From contig CAVZDU010000001.1 in NCBI GenBank assembly GCA_963774265.1, positions 1,376,001-1,440,000 of the forward strand: a stretch of DNA of 64,000 bases, read 5' to 3'. Numbering within the stretch: position 1 is the stretch's first letter; each line of letters begins with the position of its first letter. Both the position numbers and the translations under genes were made by a program. Below, one piece after another: positions 1 to 11,901 of this stretch. A model generated the notes under the pieces. That model was not told the DNA's origin. It was given only the letters and a program-made list of their open reading frames with translations, and did no database searches. This DNA is from an uncultured Chloroflexia bacterium (GTDB taxonomy: Bacteria > Chloroflexota > Anaerolineae > CG2-30-64-16).

Positions 1-2
1 CT

Positions 3-2126
3 GTGTTCTTCCACCTGGGGGTAGAAGGGCCCGAAGGCGGCTTTCCCCCGCGGGTCAGCCATCCACTCGCGGATGGTGGATTCCCTGTCGAGAATGCAGG
101 GCAGGTTCAGGGTCGATTCGAGGGTCACCGCCAGGGTGTGGTGAATATGGGCGGCGGAGGACGCGATCAGGATGTCGAAATCGCCATCCTCGGTGATCCA
201 TTGCTTGTATTCGGGGTGATAGTAGGCAAAGGCCCGAAAGTCCAGCTTGATAGCGACCGATTTGGTCTCACCCGGCTGGAGTGCCACCTTCGCGAAACCT
301 TTCAGCTCCTTTTCGGGCCGCACCAGACCCCATGCCCGGTCGTGGACGTACACCTGGACGATCTCCTTGCCCGCCATGTGTCCCGAGTTGGTGACATCCA
401 CCGTCACGGTCAGCCCGTCTACATCCCGGAAGGTCTTCGCTGACACTTCAGCATTGCTGTAGGCGAAAGTGGTGTAGCTCAAGCCATGGCCAAAGGGGAA
501 GAGCACCGGCAGCTCCTTGGCGTCGTAATAGCGGTAGCCGATGAACAGCCCTTCGCCATACCGCACCTTGCCTGCGCCGCCTGGCCAGTTGAGATGCGCC
601 GGGGTGTCGGAGAGCTTGAGCGGGAAGGTCTCGGCCAGCTTGCCGCAGGGGTTGACCTGGCCAAAGAGGACGTCGGCCAGCGCCGCGCCGCCCGCCTGAC
701 CCATCATCCAGCCCTCGAGGACGGCCGGGACCGCGTCGATCCAGGCGCTCATTGCCACCGGCGCGCCGTTATTGAGCACCACTACTGTCTTGGGCTGGGC
801 TTTTGCCACCGCCTGGATCAACGCCACCTGCTGCACGGTCAAATCGAGGTCGGTGCGATCGTAGCCTTCGGATTCTTTGTAGGTGGGCAGCGCAATGTAG
901 AGCAGCGCAACGTCCGCCGATCGCGCCAGCCCCACGGCCTGGTCGATCAAATCCTGGCGGAAGGAGTCGTCCGCGGGATAGCCTTCGGCGTAGGTCAGTT
1001 CGGCGTTAGTGGCGCGAGACTGAAGCTCCTGGAACGGCACGTCCACTCTGGTCGGGTTGATGTGCGAACTGCCGCCGCCCTGGAAGTGAGCGGCTTCGGC
1101 GGAACGACCGATGACGGCGATCTGCTGGTGGCCTTTCAGGGGCAGCAAGGGCCCCTGCTGCGACAGGGGGGCATTCTTGAGCAAAACCATGCCTTCAGCG
1201 GCGATCTTGCGCGCAAGTCTGTGATGTGCGTTCACGTCGAAGGCGCCGCCCTTAGGGGTCTCCCGGGCCTTGAACACAATCCGCAGAATACGGCGGACCG
1301 ATTCATCCAGGATCGCCTCAGCCAATTCGCCGGAGCGCACCGCTTCGACGACGGCCTTGACGCGCCGGTCCTGCGGGCCGGGCATTTCCCAATCCAGGCC
1401 GCCTCGGAGCGCGGCCACGCGGTCGCGCACGGCGCCCCAGTCGGAGACCACCAACCCCTCGAAGCCCCATTCATCCTTGAGGATCTCGGTCAGCAGGGTG
1501 TGATGCTCGGAAGCGAAGACGCCGTTCACCTTGTTATAAGAGCACATCACCGTCCAGGGTTGGGCCTCCTTGACGGCCTTCTCGAAGGCGGGCAGGTAGA
1601 TTTCGCGCAGGGTGCGTTCGTCCACCTCGGCGCTGATGCTGAAGCGCTGAAACTCCTGGTTGTTGGCGGCGTAGTGCTTGAGCGAGGTGCCCACCCCTTT
1701 CGATTGAACGCCGTTGATGAAGTTGACCGCCAACTCTCCGGCCAGGTAGGGATCCTCGGAGAAATATTCGAAGTTGCGGCCCCCCAGCGGCGAGCGCTTC
1801 ATGTTGGCGCCAGGGCCAAGCAGGACGTCCACATGCAGGGCGATGGCTTCTTCCGCCAGCGCCGCGCCCAGTTCGCGCATCAACTCCACGTCCCAGGTGG
1901 ACGCGCTGCAGGAGGCCGTTGGGAAACAGGTGGCGGGCAAGCTTTGCTGGGTCATCGCGTGAATATCGGGTACGCGTCGGATGCCGTGCGGGCCATCCGA
2001 AACGATCATCTCGGGCACGCCCAGGCGTTCCACCGGGGTGGTCGACCACGCGCTGGCGCCGGTACACAGGGCGGCTTTTTCTTCGAGCGTCATGCTCGCA
2101 ATGATGGATTGAATATCAGTGTTCAT
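3..2126 (-). CDS. GH3 beta-glucosidase (BglX-like), 3' end runs off the window start
   Basis: Absent from the ORF track because no stop codon lies in the window. Manual translation from ATG 2126 (SD AAGGA) gives MNTDIQSIIASMTLEEKAALCTG...SDGPHGIR, then LKHYAANNQE, VVSDWGAV (GH3 nucleophile motif) and a C-terminal Fn3-like region. The frame at the start codon matches the frame at position 3. Confidence 0.93.
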   Translation of the reverse strand, partial: MNTDIQSIIASMTLEEKAALCTGASAWSTTPVERLGVPEMIVSDGPHGIRRVPDIHAMTQQSLPATCFPTASCSASTWDVELMRELGAALAEEAIALHVDVLLGPGANMKRSPLGGRNFEYFSEDPYLAGELAVNFINGVQSKGVGTSLKHYAANNQEFQRFSISAEVDERTLREIYLPAFEKAVKEAQPWTVMCSYNKVNGVFASEHHTLLTEILKDEWGFEGLVVSDWGAVRDRVAALRGGLDWEMPGPQDRRVKAVVEAVRSGELAEAILDESVRRILRIVFKARETPKGGAFDVNAHHRLARKIAAEGMVLLKNAPLSQQGPLLPLKGHQQIAVIGRSAEAAHFQGGGSSHINPTRVDVPFQELQSRATNAELTYAEGYPADDSFRQDLIDQAVGLARSADVALLYIALPTYKESEGYDRTDLDLTVQQVALIQAVAKAQPKTVVVLNNGAPVAMSAWIDAVPAVLEGWMMGQAGGAALADVLFGQVNPCGKLAETFPLKLSDTPAHLNWPGGAGKVRYGEGLFIGYRYYDAKELPVLFPFGHGLSYTTFAYSNAEVSAKTFRDVDGLTVTVDVTNSGHMAGKEIVQVYVHDRAWGLVRPEKELKGFAKVALQPGETKSVAIKLDFRAFAYYHPEYKQWITEDGDFDILIASSAAHIHHTLAVTLESTLNLPCILDRESTIREWMADPRGKAAFGPFYPQVEEH

Positions 2127-2149
2127 GTCATTCCTTTTGTTGAGCCATT

Positions 2150-4672
2150 TCACCTGGAATATGTGTTGTAGACAGAGCGTACCTTGAGGGCTGCCCGGGC
2201 CGTAGCCAAATCCCATCCCGCCGGCAGGGAAGCCGTGAGACTGATGACTTTCTGGGCCGGCAGATCGAAATAGTTGTCACTGAAGATCACACCGCCTTCG
2301 GCGGGTGCGCCGGTCAGACTGCATTCCACAAGGCGGGCCAGTGAACGCGCCGACAGCTCGATGGCAAGCCGGCCCTCCTGCAGCGTCACATCGGCATTGA
2401 TCTGCGGATCGACCAGTGACAGGTGTTTGGTGGGGACAAAGAAAGCGGTCTGAGCGGCCAGCGGGCCGGCGGCGAGGGGACCGTTGGCCAGGCGCCGGTC
2501 TCCCTGCCATAACTCGGCCACAAACACCAGTTCCCGGCGGGTACCATCATCCAGGAATGGGGAAAAATCGAGCTTTTCGACAGCCGTCACGCCCAATGGT
2601 TCCACGTGCGCGGCTTTCTCGCCTGAGGCCAACATCTTGCCGTCCAGAGTCGTCAGGGCCCAATGCACTGAACCCTGCCATTCTTCGAGCAAGTCGCTGC
2701 TAAGGAAGATCGACTGACACGGAGGGGCGTCTTCAATCGAAAGCAGCAAAGGCGCATAGAAGCGGCGGGCGGCATAGTGCAAGGCTTTCCAGCGGCCAAA
2801 ATAGTCCAGGCTGGACCACGACGCGACCGGCCAGCAGTCGTTCAACTGCCAGTACAGCGTGCCCGATACGCGCCGGGTATGCCTGCGCCAGTGCTCCACC
2901 CCATAGCGAATCCCTTCGGCCTGCAAGACCATGCTGAGATACACCAGCGACTCGAAGTCCTTGGGCAGGCGGAAGGTGTCCAGCATCTGGCTCACCATCA
3001 GCGAGTTGCCGCTCGCATTCTTCTGGTGTTGCTCCATGATGTAGGAGGTTATGTTCCAGTCGGGTTCCGCCGCGTAGGTGCGGATGGTCTCCAAAGGCGG
3101 CAGAGCCTGGAAGCCAAACTCGCTCATGAAGCGGGGGTACTGGCTACGGTACGCCGTGAACGGCTTGCGCCCATGCCAGACATCCCAATAATGCGCATCG
3201 CCCTGAATCTGGCCGTTGGGAGTCTTGAATGGCGTATCTGAGGAAGGTGAGCTTGGCCAATAGGCATGGTCGGGGTCTTCAGCCGCGCACCATTCCAACA
3301 GCGTGTGGTGGAAGAAGAGGTCATAAGCGGCCTTCAAATCCTGTAACTCAGGCTTGTTCCAGTTCCACTCCGCCCACCCTTGCTCCATTTCGTTGTTACC
3401 GCACCACAAGGCCAGGCTGGCGCGGTGCCGCAGGCGTCGAATGTTTTCGACCACTTCGACGCGGACATTTTCAACGAAGTTGGGCTCATCGAACGGGTAT
3501 ATGCTGCACGAGAAGACAAAATCCTGCCAGACCAGGATGCCATAGCGGTCGCAAAGATCGTAGAAGCGTTCGTCTTCGTAAAAGCCGCCGCCCCACACGC
3601 GCAGCATGTTCTGGTGCGTCCGGGCAGCAGAACGGATCAGGCCCTCCAGGGCAGCCCCGGTCAGGCGCGTGGGGAAGGAATCAGCCGGAATCCAGTTGGA
3701 ACCTTTCGCGAAGAGCGGCTGGCCGTTGACCACAAAAGTGAACGAGCGCCCCCATTCGTCCGGCTCCTGCCGCAGCTCAATGGTGCGCAGACCCAGTTGA
3801 TAGGTCTTTTCGTCCAGGATCGCCCCAGCCCGGTTCAGTTGCACCTGAACACCATAGAGCGGTTGATCCCCCAACCCGTTCGGCCACCAAAGCTGCGGAT
3901 TTTCGATCTCTAGCGCGAGGCGGTTGTTGGTCGCGGACGTCAAGGCAGCGCGGATTGTGCGGGCCGCGCCGTCAGGCGCAGTCACCTGCAGAAGGGTCGA
4001 AAGCCCGGAGGTCCAGTTCTCCACCGCCAGGTGCGCCTCCACCCTGACGATGCCATTGACGTGAAACTGGCGCAGGTGGACTTCCAAAAGGCGGGCGGAA
4101 TCAAACGCCTCCAGGCGGATGTCTTTCCAGATGCCGACCGGCGGGAGCTGCGGCCCCCAATCCCAGCCGAATTGGCAGGGCGCCTTGCGAACGTGCGGGC
4201 CGCCCGCGATGGCCTGTGAAACACCAGGCAGGGCGCGGATAGCCTGTTTCTGGGTCACATGCCTCACGACGGACTCCAGATCGATCCGCAGCTCATTCCC
4301 TTCCGCCTTGAGCAGGGGCTTCACATCCCAGCGATACTGGCGGAACATGTTCGCCGCATGTCCCAGTTCGCGGCCATTCAGGCTGACGGTCGCCAGGGTA
4401 TCCAGCCCGTCGCAGACCAGCCAGATGTGCGGCTGGCGCAGAAGTTCGGGCGTGACGGAAAACTGATGGCGGTATTCCCAATCTGCTTCGGCCACCCACT
4501 GCACGCGACGCTCGTTATCGCCCACAAATGGGTCGGGGATGCGGCCCAGAGCCAGCAAGTCGGTATGCGCGCCGCCGGGGACGGTGGCGGGCAGCCACTC
4601 TTCTGCCCCAGGTTGGGGGGCGCCCGCCTGGCGAAACTGCCAGGCGCCCGTCAAAGATTGCATGCGTATCAT
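2150..4672 (-). CDS. GH2 beta-mannosidase
   Basis: 840 aa; motifs RKAPCQFGWDWGP, NMLRVWGGG, LWCGNNE, SEFGFQA, YWQLNDCWP. Confidence 0.93.
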   Translation of the reverse strand: MIRMQSLTGAWQFRQAGAPQPGAEEWLPATVPGGAHTDLLALGRIPDPFVGDNERRVQWVAEADWEYRHQFSVTPELLRQPHIWLVCDGLDTLATVSLNGRELGHAANMFRQYRWDVKPLLKAEGNELRIDLESVVRHVTQKQAIRALPGVSQAIAGGPHVRKAPCQFGWDWGPQLPPVGIWKDIRLEAFDSARLLEVHLRQFHVNGIVRVEAHLAVENWTSGLSTLLQVTAPDGAARTIRAALTSATNNRLALEIENPQLWWPNGLGDQPLYGVQVQLNRAGAILDEKTYQLGLRTIELRQEPDEWGRSFTFVVNGQPLFAKGSNWIPADSFPTRLTGAALEGLIRSAARTHQNMLRVWGGGFYEDERFYDLCDRYGILVWQDFVFSCSIYPFDEPNFVENVRVEVVENIRRLRHRASLALWCGNNEMEQGWAEWNWNKPELQDLKAAYDLFFHHTLLEWCAAEDPDHAYWPSSPSSDTPFKTPNGQIQGDAHYWDVWHGRKPFTAYRSQYPRFMSEFGFQALPPLETIRTYAAEPDWNITSYIMEQHQKNASGNSLMVSQMLDTFRLPKDFESLVYLSMVLQAEGIRYGVEHWRRHTRRVSGTLYWQLNDCWPVASWSSLDYFGRWKALHYAARRFYAPLLLSIEDAPPCQSIFLSSDLLEEWQGSVHWALTTLDGKMLASGEKAAHVEPLGVTAVEKLDFSPFLDDGTRRELVFVAELWQGDRRLANGPLAAGPLAAQTAFFVPTKHLSLVDPQINADVTLQEGRLAIELSARSLARLVECSLTGAPAEGGVIFSDNYFDLPAQKVISLTASLPAGWDLATARAALKVRSVYNTYSR

Positions 4673-4688
4673 GTGTTTTCCTGTGAAC

Positions 4689-5543
4689 TCACTTTTCTTT
4701 CCAAACAGCCTGTAAGGCTCGATAGTCCAGGAGTATGATACCTTCTGCTCGGACGATATCTTTTGTCTGTTGAGACGTCAGGAAGTCGTAATCCGCCTGG
4801 CGGATACGAATGCCGCCAGGCTCGATCGCCAACAGTTCAGGAGTGTCGAGGCCCGGGTGCACCGCCCACTCGCTCAAACCAGCAGGTAGCTCGTGTAGAA
4901 GTTGTGCATAACGGGCGGCCTTATTGACCGGGTCAAGGAGGTAGCTGTCCAGAACGTCGTAATCGTCGGTGGGGAACCCTTGGTTTTGCAGCTTTTCGAT
5001 GGAGGATCGGCTGGAAACCCGGAGCGCCAGCCCGTACTCTCGTGCTAGCCTGAACAGCACATCGAAAATATCCTCTCGACCGCTAATCCGCAGCGAGTGC
5101 CAGTCAAGGTGCGTCGGGTGCAGCCCCGCAGCCAGCACCACTTCGATCTGCGCCCGGAGTTCCATCTCCAATTGGTCCAGCCTGACCTGCGCCAGGAATT
5201 CACCCATGTGCTCAAAGTCGTAGAAGTACCCCGCATCGTCGTGCAGGGATGGGACCTTTTTTCTGGCGGTCACTGGTCTCCAACGGTTATCCGCCGAATC
5301 AGAGATGGCGGTGAGGTGAATGCCAAAGGGTATCTCGGGGTGGTCAGCGAGGAAATGTGCAGCGTGCAACCTCCAGGGACAGGGGACCATCAAGCTCGTC
5401 GAGCGGATGATGCCCTCCTTCAACGCACCCACGATAGCTTCATTCACCGCATGGCACATTCCGAAATCATCCGCGTTGATAATCAGTAGACGAGCATCAT
5501 CCGGATACCCTAGCAACCGGTTTGTTTGGCTATTGGGTGTTAT
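4689..5543 (-). CDS. YdjC/ChbG-family carbohydrate deacetylase
   Basis: Motifs LIINADDFG, GIHL, THLDWH, VHPG. The ORF track starts at TTG 5516, but an in-frame ATA at 5543 is the codon that follows the SD (GGGGG). Confidence 0.85.
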   Translation of the reverse strand: MTPNSQTNRLLGYPDDARLLIINADDFGMCHAVNEAIVGALKEGIIRSTSLMVPCPWRLHAAHFLADHPEIPFGIHLTAISDSADNRWRPVTARKKVPSLHDDAGYFYDFEHMGEFLAQVRLDQLEMELRAQIEVVLAAGLHPTHLDWHSLRISGREDIFDVLFRLAREYGLALRVSSRSSIEKLQNQGFPTDDYDVLDSYLLDPVNKAARYAQLLHELPAGLSEWAVHPGLDTPELLAIEPGGIRIRQADYDFLTSQQTKDIVRAEGIILLDYRALQAVWKEK

Positions 5544-5604
5544 GTTCGTCCCCCTGTCTAGCTTTCCTTAAATTTCGCTCGAACCCGAAATCAAGAGATA
5601 TGGA

Positions 5605-6417
5605 TTACACAGTAGAGAGATCCCATTCCTCGTAGATCTTCGGAACATCATTGATCAAGCGACGGGTGTATGCCTCTTTCGGATGCAGAATCACCCTATC
5701 GGCAGATCCGTGTTCAACGATCTTTCCATGCTCCATAATCCATACGCTGTCAGAAACATAATACGCCAGGCCGATGTCATGAGTGATGAAAACAATCGTC
5801 ATCCCTATTTCGTCACGCAACTGCATCAGCATATCCAGGATGGTCGCGCGTGAGCAGGCATCGATCATCGAGGTGGGCTCATCGGCCAGCAGTATCTTGG
5901 GCTTCAGCAGGAAGATACGGGCAATCATCAAGCGCTGCATCTGTCCGCCCGAAAGCTCAAAAGGGTATTTGTTGGTCAATTCTTCGAATTTCAAGTTGAC
6001 AAAGCTGCACGCCTCGGCCATCAACTCCACTTTTTTCGCATGCGGCAGCTTGCGACCGCCACGCATGCGAATACAATCTAGGAGCACGGCATCGATCTTA
6101 CTGAATATGTTGTATGAAGAAAACGGATCCTGAAAGATAGCCTGGATGTTTTTCCAGTATTCCTGTTTCTTCTTTTGAGAGCTGATATCGCGCTTCTGCC
6201 CCTGGAAGTAAACATCACCCTCAGTGGGGTTGATCAATCCCAGAAGCATCTTCGCCAAAGTGGTCTTTCCGCTGCCTGATTCGCCTACGATCGAGATGAC
6301 TTCGCCCTCGTGGAAATCGAAATCCACATGATCGACGGCGACAGTTTTGTGGCGGCCCAACCCAAACACCTTGGTCAGTCCTGACCCGCTCAGGCATGAG
6401 CTTCTTTCATCAGCCAT
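5605..6417 (-). CDS. Oligopeptide-type ABC transporter ATPase (OppF/AppF-like)
   Basis: Walker A GESGSGKT, signature LSGGQ, Walker B LLADEP. Confidence 0.93.
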   Translation of the reverse strand: MADERSSCLSGSGLTKVFGLGRHKTVAVDHVDFDFHEGEVISIVGESGSGKTTLAKMLLGLINPTEGDVYFQGQKRDISSQKKKQEYWKNIQAIFQDPFSSYNIFSKIDAVLLDCIRMRGGRKLPHAKKVELMAEACSFVNLKFEELTNKYPFELSGGQMQRLMIARIFLLKPKILLADEPTSMIDACSRATILDMLMQLRDEIGMTIVFITHDIGLAYYVSDSVWIMEHGKIVEHGSADRVILHPKEAYTRRLINDVPKIYEEWDLSTV

Positions 6418-7428
6418 TTTTATAGGCCCTTCTCATTTGTTCTTCCGACGAGTTACATCGGTAAGCGCGTCCGCCGCCAAGCTTCGCGAAGATCGACAGA
6501 GCGCAGCAGGCATTCTGACTGTGCAAATTTGCAGCGTTCGGCAAACCGGCAGCCAGCCGGTGGGTTTTTGAGATTGGGCGGTACACCGGGAATGGAGGCC
6601 AGTTTTATTCCCCGCAGACCACTTTCAGGCACAATGATCGAGCCCATGAGACCTCTGGCATATGGATGGAGCGGATCAAACACGGCTTCCTTTGGCGGCG
6701 CCCTTCTCCACGATCTGCCCGGCGTACATGACCATGATGTCATCTGTGACGTTGTAGAGGAGGGGGAGCTCGTGCGTGATGAAGATCATCGATTTGATGA
6801 AACCATTTTCCATCAGACCCTTCAGCATCTTGATGACCATCTTTTGTGACGTGACATCGAGCGCAGAGGAAGGCTCATCGGCAATGAGCACCGTTGGACG
6901 AAGAATCACCGACACCGCGATCACCGTGCGCTGTTTCATGCCGCCCGAGAGTTCGACAGGGTATTTTTGCAGTACCTCGGCTGGAAGCCCCAGGATCTCA
7001 AAGCTTGCTCTGGCAAGGTCATAGATGAACTTCTTGTTTTCGGTTGGATCATGCGCCAGAATAACATCTTCAATAAAGTTGATGATCTTCCGGGTGGGGT
7101 TGAGCGCGTTCATCGCGGCCTGGGGGATATAGGCAATCTCCGTCCCCAATATCGATTTACGAACGTCATCAGGGTTCATCCCGGTAATGTTTTGCCCGTC
7201 GATGATGATCTCGCCACTCGTATAGTGCAGAGGAGGGAAGTAATAACCCATCAGGCTGAGGGCCAGCGTCGATTTCCCGCAGCCGGATTCTCCTGCGATG
7301 CCCAGCGTCTTCCCTTCCTCGACCTTCAGAGACACATGGTCCACCGCATAGATATCTTCCCCGAAGCGGGTGATGTATTTGGTGGTGAGTTCTCGAACCT
7401 CTAGCATGACGTTTGACATTTCGATCAC
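6410..7428 (-). CDS. Oligopeptide-type ABC transporter ATPase (OppD-like), two apparent frameshifts (~6690, ~6480)
   Basis: [13 protein letters not shown] and IADEP in ORF 6676-7428; C-terminal HPY...GCRFAERC in ORF 6453-6743; a third frame reads [19 protein letters not shown] and overlaps the next ATG. Confidence 0.88.
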
Positions 7429-8679
<1,251 letters not shown>

Positions 8680-8693
8680 AGCACCACCTTTGC

Positions 8694-9698
8694 CTAATCA
8701 GCCTGCGCCGTTTTGATGCGCGGGTCGATGATGCCGTAGAGGATTTCGATGGCAAAGTTCGCAATCAACACCATAATAGTGATGATCAACGTTGCTGCTG
8801 AGATAAGCGGATAATCCTGTCCCATAACGGCGGACAAGAGCACGGTGCCGAGCCCTGGATAACTGAAGATGATCTCCGCCACCAACGCGCCCCCGACCAT
8901 GGTGCCGACCGATAACGCCAGGCCGGTAATCTGGGGCAGCATGGCATTCCGAAATACATAACCGACGATCTTGCTGTCTTTGATGCCCATGAAACGGCTG
9001 TATTTCACATAATCCGCATTCAGTTCGTAGATCGCCATGGAGCGCATGCCGATCGCCTGGCCCCCGATCGCGATCAACACGATCGACCAGAACGGCAGTT
9101 GGTAATGTACGATCACAGACCATAGGAATTTCCAACTGAAGCTGGGTATCAGGTCAAATCCATATCCGCCCGATGTTGGGAACCATTTCAATCCAACTCC
9201 AAAAACAACCAGCAATATGACTGCCATGCCAAAGGGCGGGAAATTGCTCACAAAGATGCTGACGGGCATGAGGACTTTATCAAAGCCTCCCTTGCGATAC
9301 GCCGCCAATGCACCGAGTGTGTTCCCGATCAGCCAGCCGACGATGATCGCCGGGAACTGCAGGCAGATCGTCCACAAGATGGAAGATTTGAGAACGTCTG
9401 CAACTGTTCGTGGATATGCGCTGAACGAGAAACCGAAATCACCCTGCATGACATTTCTCACATAGAGGAAGAACTGTTCGATCATGGGTCGATTGGTGCC
9501 GAACAGCTCCGTGTACTGCTGGTAGATCGCCTGGATCCCGGCCGAATTGCTCATGCCTTGGGCCATCCTGGCTACGATCGCTGCCACGGGATCTCCCGGC
9601 ATCAAGCGGGGCAGGATGAAATTCAGCAGGAAGGCGAAAACGAAGGTAATGGCGAACCACCCCAACTTGTTGAGGAAATACCTGCGGTAGCCCTTCAA
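8694..9698 (-). CDS. ABC transporter permease (OppB-like)
   Basis: [38 protein letters not shown]. Start placed at TTG 9698 after SD GGGGG rather than at the ORF-track start 9812. Confidence 0.9.
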   Translation of the reverse strand: MKGYRRYFLNKLGWFAITFVFAFLLNFILPRLMPGDPVAAIVARMAQGMSNSAGIQAIYQQYTELFGTNRPMIEQFFLYVRNVMQGDFGFSFSAYPRTVADVLKSSILWTICLQFPAIIVGWLIGNTLGALAAYRKGGFDKVLMPVSIFVSNFPPFGMAVILLVVFGVGLKWFPTSGGYGFDLIPSFSWKFLWSVIVHYQLPFWSIVLIAIGGQAIGMRSMAIYELNADYVKYSRFMGIKDSKIVGYVFRNAMLPQITGLALSVGTMVGGALVAEIIFSYPGLGTVLLSAVMGQDYPLISAATLIITIMVLIANFAIEILYGIIDPRIKTAQAD

Positions 9699-9779
9699 CC
9701 CAACACCCCCTTCGATGGAGACCTTGTTATCGTTGCGTGTGGAGGCCGCCCACACATGGGGCGCCCACTGCCCTTGATG

Positions 9780-9823
9780 GCGAACCCGCCATGCCCTGGG
9801 GTTCGTGGACATGGCGGATTCGC
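9780..9823 (-). other. Intercistronic stem-loop downstream of the substrate-binding gene (mRNA stabiliser or partial terminator)
   Basis: GCGAACCCGCCATG ... CATGGCGGATTCGC inverted repeat with one mismatch, between the SBP stop and the permease start. Confidence 0.65.
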
Positions 9824-9834
9824 GCGATGACGGT

Positions 9835-11791
9835 TTACTTCACGAGCGTCAGGTTGTAAAGGCCTGCGATACTCCATCCGTCCGTCAGGTCGAGCGGCGG
9901 GACGGGCGGGTTGGTGCCATCACCATCGTGCGGGAAGTCGGTCCAAACACTCTCGTTCACGGCATGGAACGATTGAGGTCGGTACATGAGCGTGAAGGAG
10001 GGAACATCGGTCAGGTAGATCTTGACCAGGTCCGTGTAGGCTGCCTTCAGCTTGGCCTCATCGGTCATCGTGGGGATCGCTTTGATCAATTTGTCGGCAT
10101 CAGGATTGCTGTACTGACCCCAGTTGCCGTTCCAGTTGCTCGACATACCGACGAATTCGGAGCTCATCAGCTTGCGGATACGTCCCCAAGGCTGGGTCGG
10201 GCCGGCGCCGTCGCTCCACATCATGAAGATGTCGTAGCCCTCGGGCAGCGGCTTGTCAGACGCGGTGACGACGGTCTGATAGACGCCCCATTCAGGGTAG
10301 TTGGTCGTGATGTCGATGCCGATCTTCTTGCCGGCGGCAGCAACGATTTCGATGGCAGCCTGCCAGTCGGACCAGCCGTTCGGGCAGGTGGCAACGTAGT
10401 GAAGATTCTTCCCGTTGTATTCACGCCAGCCATCGCCATCGGTGTCCTTGATCCCGGCATCGTCGAGCAGCTTCTTGGCGCCCTCGATGTCGTTGCCGGC
10501 CCACTGCAGGTCCTTGACGGCTTCGTGGTCGTACAGTGGCCTGTTCGCCGGCGGTCGGGTTCATGAGCGAGCGCGGCACCTGGTCGAAGGTAGCCGATTG
10601 GTTGGTCATGGCGTTGGCAATGATGGTGGGATAGTCAACCGCCATGGCGATGGCCTTGCGGACCGCAACCTGGTCCAGACCAGGGGATTTCAGGTTGTAG
10701 AAGGCGGTTGGGAGGCTGGCGCCAATGCCGTAGGGAGCCTCGGGCAGGTAGGTGGAGACGGGCAGACCATAGTTGAGCCACAGAATCTTGGATGTTGGAG
10801 TTGAACTGCTGGCTGACATCCACCTCACCCTGTGCCAAAGCAACAGAACCGGCCGCGTTATCCTTGAAGATCGTATGCGCCAGGTACTTCGGAGCAGGCA
10901 GCTTGCCCCACATGCTGGCATCCTGGCCCCAGTAGTTGTCATTCCGAACGTAGACGACCTTCGAATCGTCAGAGAAGAACTTGTGATAGGGACCGGAGTA
11001 GACAACATCCTCCGCGGGATCAGCCAGCAACTTGGTGGCATCGCCGCCGACGCGGGCTTCCAGTGTCTCGGTCCAGGCTTTCTGGACGACATAGTTGGTG
11101 CTCAGGTAAGCAGCGACTAGCAGAGGATTGACCGCTTTGCCGTCCGCACCCAGTTTGGCCTTGATCACGACCGTCTGGGCATCCTTGGCTTCGATGGTAT
11201 CGACGTAGTCCTTATTGGCAGCGGCGAGTGGGGTCTTGTACTTGACATGCGGTGGCCCAGGTATAGGCGACATCCTCAGCGGTCACCGGGGTGCCATCGC
11301 TCCACTTTGCGGCAGCCTTGATCTTGAAGGTGACCTCGGTCACGCGCGTCGTTCCACGCATAGTCGCCATCCGCCAGCAGAGGATACTGCTTGCCATCGA
11401 GCATGTTGTACAGGTACGGGGTTTCGAACATGATGACGCGGGCGTTGTCCTGCTGGGCGATAGCCATCGCATTATTGTTGCTGTTGGAGTATGGATTCCA
11501 ACCAACCACCGCACCCCACTGTTGACCATTGAAGTACAGGGTTTCATTGCGGGGCAAAGTATTGGCATCAACAGCGGGTTTGGCCGGGACCGCGGTCGGC
11601 GCCGGCGTGGCAACCACGACCTTCTCAACCTGGACGGTTTGAACGACCGTCTTCTCGACCACTTGTGTTACAACCTTCTCGACCTGCTGTGTCACCACCT
11701 TCTCCACCACCTGGGGTGTGGGCGCGGCACAGGCAGTCAGGAAGGACACGACTACCAACAAGCTGACGACGGAAAGTACGAGCTTACGCAT
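9835..11791 (-). CDS. Family-5 (OppA-type) oligosaccharide-binding lipoprotein, at least 4 apparent frameshifts
   Basis: Lipobox FLTAC, VVEK repeats, [36 protein letters not shown]. Pieces lie in ORFs 11276-11905, 11212-11628, 10635-11273, 10421-11092 and 9835-10224; SD GGAGGAGG precedes ATG 11791. Confidence 0.88.
11616..11712 (-). repeat. ~24-bp tandem coding repeat (VEKVVTQx) in the SBP linker
   Basis: [34 protein letters not shown]. Confidence 0.75.
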
Positions 11792-11901
11792 TCTGGAACC
11801 TCCTCCATGATGTAGACTAGGGTTTGTTCGCTTGAAACATCGGCTGAGCACACACACTTCTTGTCGAATTACACCTCCTTCTCTCTGCCCGTTTCCAGCC
11901 A

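Noticed and set aside
486-2171. 561-aa plus-strand ORF (also 3-443)
   Set aside because: Antisense shadow of the GH3 gene; no recognisable motifs.
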